A stretch of DNA of 64,000 nt, taken from the NCBI GenBank assembly GCA_965237955.1, contig OZ250169.1, positions 1,792,001 through 1,856,000 of the forward strand, written 5' to 3'. Position numbers and translations under genes: made by a program. Within the stretch, counting starts at the first letter, position 1. Each line of letters starts with the position of its first letter. Shown one piece after another: positions 19,784-28,795 of the stretch. The notes under the pieces were generated by a model that worked only from the letters and a program-made list of their open reading frames with translations, did no database searches and was not told where the DNA came from. The stretch is from Candidatus Marinacidobacterales bacterium (GTDB lineage Bacteria > Acidobacteriota > Vicinamibacteria > Marinacidobacterales > SMYC01).

Positions 19784-21169
19784 ATGACCGAGCTGTCTGA
19801 ACGCGTTCTCGTGCTCGATTCCATCGCGGGAGAACGCACGAACATCGCGGCCTGGTTGACGAGCCGGGGGTTGAAAGTCGACGTGGCCGAGCGCCTGCAA
19901 GGACCCGAGCTTTCCCGCTACGGTCTGGTCGTGCTCGACATGGATTTGCTGCAATCCGATTGGTCACGTCAGTTGTCGGGGTTGAAGCACTCCGCTCCCG
20001 AGACCGAAGTCATTCTCACGACCCAGGCAGGTGAGGGCTCCGTGGAAGCTGCGGTGTCGGCAATCCGCGAGGGAGCGTACGACTACTTGGTCAAGCCCCT
20101 CGACCCGAACCGACTACCCGTTCTCGCTCACAAAGCTCTCGAGCGCTGTCGCCTATCCGAGGAGAACCGAACCCTGCGTCAGCGTCTGTCGATGAAGGAT
20201 GAGTACGGAAACGTCGTTGGCAAGAGCCGGGCGATCACCGCGGTCTACGAAGTTGCTGGCCAGGTCGCGGGCACGTCCGCGACGGCGCTCCTCAGCGGCG
20301 AAAGCGGCACCGGGAAGGAGCTCGTCGCGAAAGCGATCCACAAGCGGAGCCCGCGCCGGGACCGCCCGTTCGTTTCCATCAACTGCGGCGCACTCCCGGA
20401 AGGGCTCCTCGAAAGCGAGCTCTTCGGGTTCGAGCGCGGTGCGTTCACCGGCGCCGTCGGCTCCAAACCGGGAAGGTTCGAGATCGCGGACGGTGGCACG
20501 CTGTTTCTGGACGAAGTCGGAGAGATGAGCGCCAAGACTCAAGTGGAGTTTCTCCGGGTGTTGCAGGAGAGGGAGTTTCGGCGACTCGGTGGCAGCAAGC
20601 TCATCCGCGTCGACGTGCGGATCATCGCAGCAACGAACAAGGATTTGCTCGAAGAAGTGCAGGCGGGGCGTTTTCGGCAAGACCTCTACTATCGGTTGGC
20701 GGTGGTGCCGATCCATCTGCCGTCGCTCCGCGAGCGACGCGAGGACATCCCGCTGCTCGTCGATGCGTTCTTGAAGGAATTTGCCGGCTCCAGCGGGAAG
20801 GCGCCCAAGCGGCTCTCGCGCGAGGCGATGGAAGCGCTCTCACATTACCATTGGCCGGGCAACATCCGCGAGCTCAGAAACGTCATCGAGCGGCTCACCG
20901 TCACCGTCCACGCGAGCACCGTCCGAGCGGAGCATTTACCCGAGGAGCTCTCCGATGGACAAAGCTCGACAGGCCAGATCTTCATCCGCCTCGGAACGCC
21001 GCTGCGCAAAGTGGAAGAGATCGTCATCCGGCGCACGCTCGAAGAGCTCACCGATCACCGCCAGAAAGCGGCGTGCATCCTCGGTATCAGCCCGCGCGCG
21101 CTCCACTACAAACTCGCTCGCTACGGGGTTCCGAGAAAACGATCACAAGCCTCACAGAGGGGAACATGA
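19784..21169 (+). CDS. NtrC/AtoC-family sigma54-dependent response regulator
   Basis: Receiver domain, GESGTGKE, ESELFG, GAFTGA, LFLDEV, WPGNIREL and a Fis-type HTH. Confidence 0.95.
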   Translation: MTELSERVLVLDSIAGERTNIAAWLTSRGLKVDVAERLQGPELSRYGLVVLDMDLLQSDWSRQLSGLKHSAPETEVILTTQAGEGSVEAAVSAIREGAYDYLVKPLDPNRLPVLAHKALERCRLSEENRTLRQRLSMKDEYGNVVGKSRAITAVYEVAGQVAGTSATALLSGESGTGKELVAKAIHKRSPRRDRPFVSINCGALPEGLLESELFGFERGAFTGAVGSKPGRFEIADGGTLFLDEVGEMSAKTQVEFLRVLQEREFRRLGGSKLIRVDVRIIAATNKDLLEEVQAGRFRQDLYYRLAVVPIHLPSLRERREDIPLLVDAFLKEFAGSSGKAPKRLSREAMEALSHYHWPGNIRELRNVIERLTVTVHASTVRAEHLPEELSDGQSSTGQIFIRLGTPLRKVEEIVIRRTLEELTDHRQKAACILGISPRALHYKLARYGVPRKRSQASQRGT

Positions 21170-21302
21170 TAAGCCGTAAACCCTGGAGAAAATTGGGCTT
21201 TCGGGTGTCGAACTTTTTCGACAACCGCGCTCTTTTTGGTATGATTTCTAGTAAGGACGCCGAGCACACGAGCAGATTCACCCTCGCGACTGGAGACTCC
21301 AC

Positions 21303-23150
21303 ATGTCAACGCAGGCCCTCGTAGGTGAGACGGAATCCGGCGCCAAGCCTACCATCGTCAACGACCTTTCCATCCAAGTCGCGACTATCAACGGCTCGGG
21401 AAGCCAATCGTCCAACAGCGTGCTGATGCGCGCCATCTTTCAGATGGGCGTTCCCGTCAGCGGCAAGAACCTCTTTCCGTCGAACATCCAAGGGCTACCG
21501 ACGTGGTTCACCATCCGCGCGAGCAAGCACGCCTACATCGCCCGCAAGAGAGACGTCAACATGCTCATCGCGATGAATCCCCAGACCGCGCGCGAGGATG
21601 CCCAATCCCTGAAGCCCGGCTCGGCAGTCATCTACGAACAAAGCCTCGGTCTCGACAAGCTTCGTGACGACCTCATTTTCTATCCAGTTCCCTTCGCCGA
21701 GCTCGCCAAGGACGTGATCGACGAGTCCCGACTGCGCAAGCTCCTCGCCAACATGATCTACGTCGGCGTCGCCGGTCAATTGCTGTCGATCGACAAGGAA
21801 GAGATCCGAGCGGCGATCACCAAACAGTTCAAAGCGAAGGCGAAGGCCGTCGAGCTCAACGTCAAAGCGGTCGACGTGGGCTTCGACTTCGCGCAGAAAA
21901 ACCTCACGAAATCCGATCCGCTCAAGATCGAGCGCATGAACGAGACCGCGGGCAAGATCCTCATCGACGGCAACGCCGCCGGCGCGCTCGGTTCCATGTT
22001 CAACGGCGTCACCGTGGTCACTTGGTACCCGATCACGCCGTCGTCGAGCCTGGTCGAGTCGCTCATCGACTACATGAAGGTCTACCGTGTCGACGAGAAG
22101 ACCGGCAAAGCGACGTTCGCCGTCGTGCAGGCCGAAGACGAGCTGGCCGCCGCCGGCATGGTGTTCGGCGCGGGCTGGGCGGGCGCTCGGGCGATGACCT
22201 CTACCAGCGGACCGGGCATCTCGCTGATGTCCGAGTTCGTCGGACTCGGTTACTTCGCCGAGATTCCCGCAGTCATTTGGGACATCCAGCGGGTGGGTCC
22301 ATCCACGGGACTCCCGACGCGGACCGCGCAGGGTGATGTTCTCAGCACCTACTTGTTATCGCACGGTGACACGAAACACATTCTGCTGTTCCCGGCGTCG
22401 GTCGCGGAGTGCTTCGAGTTCGGAGGTACGTCTTTCGATCTCGCCGAGCGTTTCCAAACGCCGGTGTTCGTCATGTCGGACCTCGACCTGGGGATGAACA
22501 TTTGGATGTCGGACGCGTTCGACTACCCGGACAAGCCGCTCGACCGAGGAAAAGTGCTCAGCGCCGAGGACCTGGAAAAGGTGAGCGATTGGGGACGCTA
22601 TCGCGACGTCGACGGCGACGGCATTCCCTACCGGACCCTTCCAGGTACGAACCATCCCGGCGCCGCGTATTTCACTCGCGGCAGCGGCCACAACGACTAT
22701 GCGGAGTACACGGAACGCCCGGAGGACTACGAGAACACGATGAGGCGTCTCTTGAGAAAGCTCGAGACCGCGCGCAAATACGTTCCTGCGCCGGTGGTGG
22801 ACGAAGAGGACGGTGCCGAGATCGGCATCATCGCTTACGGCACGACCCATTGGGCGATCGTCGAATCGCGCGATCAACTTCGCGACGAGAATGACCTGGG
22901 CACGAGCTACATGCGTGTGCGCGCGCTTCCGTTCAACGACGAGCTCGAGTCTTTCGTGAACAAACACGATCGCGTCTACGTCGTCGAGCAGAACCGTGAC
23001 GCGCAGATGTTTCAGTTGATCCAATTGGAGTTGGCCAAGCGTCCGGAGCTCCTCGCCAAACTACGGAGCATTCTGTATTTCGCCGGACATCCGATCGACG
23101 CGCGCACCGTGACCGAGAAACTTCTCGACCAGGAACGCCCGTCCGACTGA
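21303..23150 (+). CDS. korA: 2-oxoacid:ferredoxin oxidoreductase alpha subunit
   Basis: YPITPSS, QAEDE, TSGPG and QRVGPSTG motifs; substrate not determinable. Confidence 0.92.
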   Translation: MSTQALVGETESGAKPTIVNDLSIQVATINGSGSQSSNSVLMRAIFQMGVPVSGKNLFPSNIQGLPTWFTIRASKHAYIARKRDVNMLIAMNPQTAREDAQSLKPGSAVIYEQSLGLDKLRDDLIFYPVPFAELAKDVIDESRLRKLLANMIYVGVAGQLLSIDKEEIRAAITKQFKAKAKAVELNVKAVDVGFDFAQKNLTKSDPLKIERMNETAGKILIDGNAAGALGSMFNGVTVVTWYPITPSSSLVESLIDYMKVYRVDEKTGKATFAVVQAEDELAAAGMVFGAGWAGARAMTSTSGPGISLMSEFVGLGYFAEIPAVIWDIQRVGPSTGLPTRTAQGDVLSTYLLSHGDTKHILLFPASVAECFEFGGTSFDLAERFQTPVFVMSDLDLGMNIWMSDAFDYPDKPLDRGKVLSAEDLEKVSDWGRYRDVDGDGIPYRTLPGTNHPGAAYFTRGSGHNDYAEYTERPEDYENTMRRLLRKLETARKYVPAPVVDEEDGAEIGIIAYGTTHWAIVESRDQLRDENDLGTSYMRVRALPFNDELESFVNKHDRVYVVEQNRDAQMFQLIQLELAKRPELLAKLRSILYFAGHPIDARTVTEKLLDQERPSD

Positions 23151-23175
23151 CGGATAACGAGATTGGGAGATAGAC

Positions 23176-24228
23176 ATGGCGACAACGACTAAAGAACCCC
23201 CTGCACCGTCGAAGAAGGTCAACCGGCTCGGGCTCGTCCACGCGGATTACAAGGGCAAGCCCTCGACGTTGTGCAAGGGGTGCGGTCACGACTCCATCAG
23301 CAGCCAGCTCATCAAAGCGTTCTACGAGTACGGCGTCGAGCCCCACCGGGTGGCGAAGCTCTCCGGCATCGGTTGCTCGTCGAAAACCCCCGCCTACTTC
23401 TTGAGCAAGAGTCACGGCTTCAACACGGTCCACGGCCGCATGCCGTCGGTCGCGACCGGTAGCGTGGTGGCGAACCGCGACTTGGTCGCGGTAGGTGTTT
23501 CCGGAGACGGTGACACAGCGTCTATCGGCATCGGCCAGTTCGTGCACCTTCTCCGACGGAACCTTCCGGTCGTCTACATCATCGAGAACAACGGCGTGTA
23601 CGGGTTGACCAAAGGCCAGTTCTCGGCGACGGCCGATGTGGGCTCCAAGTTGAAGACCGGGGTCATCAACGACTTGCCCGCGGTGGACCTGTGCGGGTTG
23701 GCGGTCGAGCTCGGTGCAACCTACGTCGCGCGCTCGTTCGCGGGCGATCCGAAGCAGGTGGGCACGCTCATGAAGGGAGCGTTCGGGCACAACGGCACGG
23801 CCGTCCTAGACATCATCAGCCCATGCGTGACGTTCAACAACCATGCAGGCTCCACCAAGAGCTACACCTGGGGCAAAGAGAACGAAGAGCTCATCCAGGA
23901 AGTCGATTTCGTTCCGTTCTTCGAGGACATCGATGTCGACTACGAAGAAGGCGAAGTTCGAGAAGTCGAGCTACACGACGGTTCCCACATCGTTCTCAAG
24001 AAACTCGAGCGTGACTACGATCCCACGAATCGACGAGGTGCTCTCGACCTACTCCTGGACGCCGATGAGAAGCAGCAGTTCCTAACCGGGCTCATCTACT
24101 TGGATACGAAAAAGAAGAACCTGATCGAGCTTCTGAACGTCGTCGACGAGCCGCTAGCGACCCTTCCTCTCGATCGCGTCCGCCCGCCCAAGACGGCGTT
24201 GGACGATATTATGGAATCCCTGAAGTAG
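23176..24228 (+). CDS. korB: 2-oxoacid:ferredoxin oxidoreductase beta subunit
   Basis: CKGCG, SGIGCS, HGR and GDGD...NN TPP-binding motifs. Confidence 0.92.
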   Translation: MATTTKEPPAPSKKVNRLGLVHADYKGKPSTLCKGCGHDSISSQLIKAFYEYGVEPHRVAKLSGIGCSSKTPAYFLSKSHGFNTVHGRMPSVATGSVVANRDLVAVGVSGDGDTASIGIGQFVHLLRRNLPVVYIIENNGVYGLTKGQFSATADVGSKLKTGVINDLPAVDLCGLAVELGATYVARSFAGDPKQVGTLMKGAFGHNGTAVLDIISPCVTFNNHAGSTKSYTWGKENEELIQEVDFVPFFEDIDVDYEEGEVREVELHDGSHIVLKKLERDYDPTNRRGALDLLLDADEKQQFLTGLIYLDTKKKNLIELLNVVDEPLATLPLDRVRPPKTALDDIMESLK

Positions 24229-24241
24229 TTGATGTAGTTCG

Positions 24242-24396
24242 ATCGGCCATCGGCCGTCAGCCGTCAGCCATCAGCAGGTCGGAGCTGCCTTCACCTTTAG
24301 ACGGCGCGGTGGTGTTGCGATCGGAGCGTACCGTCCGAAGGTGAGGGCAGCTCCATTCTGCTGACGGCTGATGGCTGATGGCTGATGGCCGATGGC
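24242..24396. repeat. (GCCRTCR)n heptamer element with a long internal hairpin
   Basis: Inverted heptamer arms around GGAGCTGCCTTCACCTTTAGACGG...CCGTCCGAAGGTGAGGGCAGCTCC; lies between convergent genes. Confidence 0.8.
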
Positions 24397-24443
24397 GCCG
24401 CAATAGGACGTCCATGGCTGATGGCGCCCGCGCTCAAATTCGA

Positions 24444-26610
24444 CTAAAAGTCGAATTTGAGCTCGCCTAACACCTGACGCTTCAGAACGTCTCCGAAGAT
24501 GTGCTGTTGGGCATCGGCGTTTCCGAGGTTGGTGAACTTGACCGATAGCGTCATCCGTTGCTCGGCGAAACGAACGCCGACGCCGCCGTTCACCATCGTG
24601 TAGCGCTCGGTGGGACCGTGGAAACGTGCGTCCAGCACGTCGGTCCAGAAGGCCGAATCGGTGAAGTTCAGGCTGAGATTGGCGAACCATTGGCCGCGGT
24701 CGTAGTTGACACCTGCGTTGAATCGATTCGCTGGCGCGATGTTGAACTCGCCAAAGTCGTCCGGGTTGTCCGGCACGGGCGCGGCCTGCCAGGAGTAGTT
24801 GGCGAACAGACTCAACTCCTGCGACATTCGGATGTTCAGCCCAAGCTCGACTCCTTTGTCGCGCACTCCCTCGAAGTTCAAATACGTGAACTGGGCAGAA
24901 GGATCCCTTGTGCGGCCAAGAGGTCGAGCACCTGGGGTGGTAGGGGCCAGCGTGGCGGCGGATTCGCGCTGGTGTACACGCCCGACGTGGTGAAGAAGAT
25001 GTTGTCGGTCGTGTCGTTGATGTAGAAGGCGGCGCTCACCGTGTACCGGTTCGCAAGCGTTCCCGTGTAGCCGACTTCGTAAGCCGTCAAGCTTTCTTCG
25101 TCCAAGCCCGTGTTCCCGTCGGCTCGGACCGGAAAGATGAATCGCCCGATGCCGGGAAGCGGGACCGGTTGCAGGATGGTAACGTCGAGGAAACTGTTGA
25201 CGAACGATGGCGCTCGGAACGCGCGGTTGTAAGACACCCGAAACGCGTGGTCCGGAGTCGGTTTGATCATGAACGTGGTTCGTGGCGAGAACACGAATTT
25301 GTCGATTACGCTGAACCCGTCCACGCGGCCGCCACCGAGCCAACGGAAATGATCGGAGAGGAAGATCTCGTCCTGGATGTAGAACCCGCCTTCGGTACGA
25401 CTGTTGCCGCCCGGGGCGATCGAGAGGTCGAACGTGTTGTACCGGAAATTACCGCCGTAGTTGATGAGATGCTTCGTGCCTATTAGCTGTGAGTTCCCGA
25501 GCTCCACGTCGTAGGTGTTGTTCTTGAACAAAAAGTTAATCGGCTGGCCATCGGTTCCGATCGCGAGCAGAGCCGGAGCGTCGCCGTCGAGGATGTTGGT
25601 GAAGAAGTTGACCCTCAAGTTGTCGCGCTGATAGTTGACCTTCCCGTACCCCATCACCGTGCCCGATTGGATGTCGAACGGGCCGATCCCGGTATGCATG
25701 ATTCCTTGCGTTCCCGCGATCCCACCGGCGAAGATGACTTTCTGGCGTCCGTCAGGATGGTCGTAGTCCACCCGCACGTCGAACTTCGGCTGCGTCGTGC
25801 CCGCGTTGGTGTAGGCGGGGTACTCGCCGCCGCCAGTTCTGCCTCGCTCGGGATCGTCGACGATGGGCACTTGCCCGACGGGTCGCGCGAGCGGATCCAT
25901 GTCGAAAAACCGCCCGAGACCTTGAAAGCCCAACGGTCGTTCAATGCCTGCGCGTGACGGACGTTCACGTGGTAGCTCGTCCCCGTGTCCAAGTCTTGAC
26001 CCGCGCTTCGGTTGATGGCGCCGAAGCCGAGCGTCACCGCCGTACCGTCGAGCTCTCGGGGCGTCTTGGTGATCACGTTGACCACACCCGTCATCGCGTT
26101 CGGCCCCCAGACCGCGGAGGCCGGGCCATTGATGATCTCGATCTGAGCGATCTCGCTGGTGTCGATAGGCAAGAAGTCCCAGCCGACGAAACCGAAAAAG
26201 TCCTGATAGATCGTGCGGCCGTCCAATAAGGCTAGCTGGGTCGTGGACAGCGTCGATGTAGCCCCTCGACTGGTGATGTTGATGTCCCGTGCGGAAGTCT
26301 GAGCAACGTTCGCCCCCGGCACGGACCTGATGAGGTCTCCATAGTTTTGAGCGCCCGCGTTCTCGATGAAGTCGGAGCCGATTACCGAGACCGTGGCGGG
26401 TGCGTTGATGATCTGCGTGTCCACTTTCGACGCGCTAACGACGACCGTCTCGGAATACGTCATGAGCTCTTCAGGTTGCTCTTCTTGCTGCGGCTGATCT
26501 TGTTCGTCATCTTGTTCCACTGGGGGCTGGTCCTGGAAAGCGACCAGGGGGGTAGGCACGATGAACGTGATCGTGCCGAACAGGAAAACTGCGATGAGTG
26601 TGCGGGTCAT
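24444..26610 (-). CDS. TonB-dependent receptor (two apparent homopolymer frameshifts)
   Basis: Signal peptide, TonB box ETVVVSA, plug motif IEIINGPASAVWG..AMTGVVN and C-terminal KFDF. Frame changes at A5 25905-25909 and G3 24893-24895. Confidence 0.9.
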
Positions 26611-26684
26611 GACAACCTCCTGGGTGGGGCACCAATAGAACCGACGAGCCGTTATCTCATAAAAGCGGAGAAGTATACAATTGA

Positions 26685-26863
26685 TCAGCATCCAGCATTC
26701 AGCATTCAGTTCAAACGAGGCCGTGCCAGTAGAGGAGGGTGCCGCGCTCACCATGGGCAAAGCCGGTAGGTAATGTTTCTGGTCGGCAAGGCGGTCGCCG
26801 TTTACGCGGTCCTTCTTACCGGCGACGTGCGGTGTGAGCTGGATGCTGAATGCTGGATGCTGA
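26685..26863. repeat. MITE/REPIN-like (AGCATYC)n element, copy 2 (reverse orientation, longer core)
   Basis: Same arms. The reverse-complemented core starts CACACC..GCCGGTAAG and ends TACTGGCAC..TTGAAC, like copies 1 and 3. Confidence 0.75.
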
Positions 26864-26884
26864 GCAACGTCCTATAATGCGAAT

Positions 26885-28267
26885 ATGCTGACTGAGAAAG
26901 ACGTTCTCGATAAGTTGTCTGTGGTGCGAGACCCGGAGTTGGGCCGCGACGTGGTGTCCCTCGAATACGTGAAGAACATCCGTATTTGTGCGCCCATCGT
27001 GAGCTGTGACATCGAGCTCGCGAACCCCGTGAGCGCGGCCAAGGACCGTATCCGTGAGGAAGCGCAAAAGGCCCTCCTCGAGCTTCCTGATATCAACGAA
27101 GCCAACGTGGAGGTCAAGTGGCGTGTGACCGCTTCCCCCGAAGGCGTGAAGCGGGTGTTGCCGGGAGGGCAAGTCGCGCCGGCTCCACAAAAGCCCGAGG
27201 GAGTCAAAAACCTCGTCGCCATTGCTTCGGGGAAGGGAGGCGTTGGCAAGTCGACAGTCGCGGCGAATCTCGCCGTGGCGCTGCGGCAAAGTGGTGCGTC
27301 TGTAGGGCTCTGCGATGCCGACGTGTACGGACCGTCGCAGGGCACCATGTTCGGCTTGTCTGCGCGACCTGAGGCTGACTCCGAACAGCGTCTGATCCCG
27401 CTCGAGGCGCATGGAGTTCGGATCATGTCGATGGGGCTCCTCACCACGAAGGAGACACCGGTGATTTGGCGCGGCCCTATGGCGACCAAATTGATCCAGC
27501 AGTTCATGGGCGGTGTCCTTTGGGGTGAGCTCGACTACCTCATCATCGACTTGCCACCCGGCACCGGCGACGTGCAGCTCACGCTGACACAAAGCGTGCC
27601 GTTGACGGGCGCCGTCATCGTCACTACGCCCCAGGACGTCGCCCGCACGATCGCCGAGAAAGGGCTCCGGATGTTCCGTCCCGTGCAAGTTCCCGTTCTC
27701 GGTATCATCGAGAACATGAGCTATTTCCAATGTTCTCACTGTGACGAGCGGACCTACATTTTCAGCCAAGGGGGAGGCGAGACCATCAGCCAAGAGCTCG
27801 GTGTTCCGTTCCTCGGTGGAATCCCCATCGACCCCGAAGTGGTCTCGGCAGGCGATCAAGGCGAGCCGATCGTGGCCAAGAACCCAAACGCGCCTGCTTC
27901 CGTTGCCTACCGCGAGATTACCGCCCGGGTCGCCGCCGCGGTCGCCCGCGCCAACTTCGACAGCGACATCGCCTGCCGACCGAAAGAGATTTTGGAAGAA
28001 GACGGCAAGCTCAAGATTGTCTGGACCGATGGCTCGGATTCGAGCTTCCCGTTCGACTTCCTCAGAAACCGCTGCCCGTGCGCGGTGTGCGTCGACGAGT
28101 GGACCGGCAAGCGAAAGAACTTGATCCTGCTATTGCCATCGAACTTCCGCCCCATAACGGTAGAACCCGTGGGTAACTACGCCATCCAGATCAACTGGTC
28201 GGACGGGCACAATACGGGGATTTATAGCTTTCGTTCACTGAAAGAGATGGAGTCGGTGAAGAAGTAG
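26885..28267 (+). CDS. mrp: Mrp/ApbC Fe-S cluster carrier ATPase with DUF59 N-terminus and DUF971-like C-terminus
   Basis: DPEL, SGKGGVGKS, DADVYGPS, DLPPGTGD, ENMS..C..C; C-terminal LR..CPCA.C and VGNYA.....WSDGH.TGIY. Confidence 0.93.
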   Translation: MLTEKDVLDKLSVVRDPELGRDVVSLEYVKNIRICAPIVSCDIELANPVSAAKDRIREEAQKALLELPDINEANVEVKWRVTASPEGVKRVLPGGQVAPAPQKPEGVKNLVAIASGKGGVGKSTVAANLAVALRQSGASVGLCDADVYGPSQGTMFGLSARPEADSEQRLIPLEAHGVRIMSMGLLTTKETPVIWRGPMATKLIQQFMGGVLWGELDYLIIDLPPGTGDVQLTLTQSVPLTGAVIVTTPQDVARTIAEKGLRMFRPVQVPVLGIIENMSYFQCSHCDERTYIFSQGGGETISQELGVPFLGGIPIDPEVVSAGDQGEPIVAKNPNAPASVAYREITARVAAAVARANFDSDIACRPKEILEEDGKLKIVWTDGSDSSFPFDFLRNRCPCAVCVDEWTGKRKNLILLLPSNFRPITVEPVGNYAIQINWSDGHNTGIYSFRSLKEMESVKK

Positions 28268-28271
28268 CGGA

Positions 28272-28411
28272 TCAGCATTCAGCATTCCAGTTCACACCAC
28301 GCCCTGCCCGTAAATAGCGTCGTCGCATATCGGGCACCGTTCCGCCGGTAAGCGACACGCTTGTTACAGGCACAACGCGAATTGAACCGGATGCTGAATG
28401 CTGGATGCTGA
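28272..28411. repeat. MITE/REPIN-like (AGCATYC)n element, copy 3
   Basis: Core colinear with copy 1; lies between convergent mrp and ridA. Confidence 0.8.
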
Positions 28412-28795
28412 TCAGCCCGAGGCAATCACTTCAATCTCTATGCGCGCATCCCTCGGCAATCTCGCAGGCTGCACGGCGGCGCGCGCGGGGCGGATTTCCA
28501 CACTTTCGAAATACGATCCATAGGCTTCGTTCATCGCGCCGAAGTCGCTCATGTCGGCCAGGTAAATGTTGGTCTTGACGATGTGGCTTGCGTTCAAGTC
28601 CGCGGCTTCCAGTATCCCCAGCACGCTGTCCATGCACCGGCGAGTCAGGGTTCCGATGTCTCCTTCAATCATCTCTCCGGTCACGGGATCGGATGGCACT
28701 TGGCCCGAGACGAAGACCAAGTTTCCGACACGCACCGCCTGGCTGTAGGGGCCGATAGGGGTGGGCGCTTTATCGCTTTCGATCGCTTTCTTCAT
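28412..28795 (-). CDS. ridA: RidA/YjgF imine deaminase
   Basis: AP.PIGPYSQA, VSGQ, PAR and LP....IEIE motifs. Confidence 0.93.
   Translation of the reverse strand: MKKAIESDKAPTPIGPYSQAVRVGNLVFVSGQVPSDPVTGEMIEGDIGTLTRRCMDSVLGILEAADLNASHIVKTNIYLADMSDFGAMNEAYGSYFESVEIRPARAAVQPARLPRDARIEIEVIASG

Noticed and set aside
17265-28411. Repeat-spacer-like pattern suggesting CRISPR
   Set aside because: The units are 7-bp tandem repeats in inverted arms at dispersed sites, not 25-40-bp direct repeats with unique spacers, and no cas genes are present.
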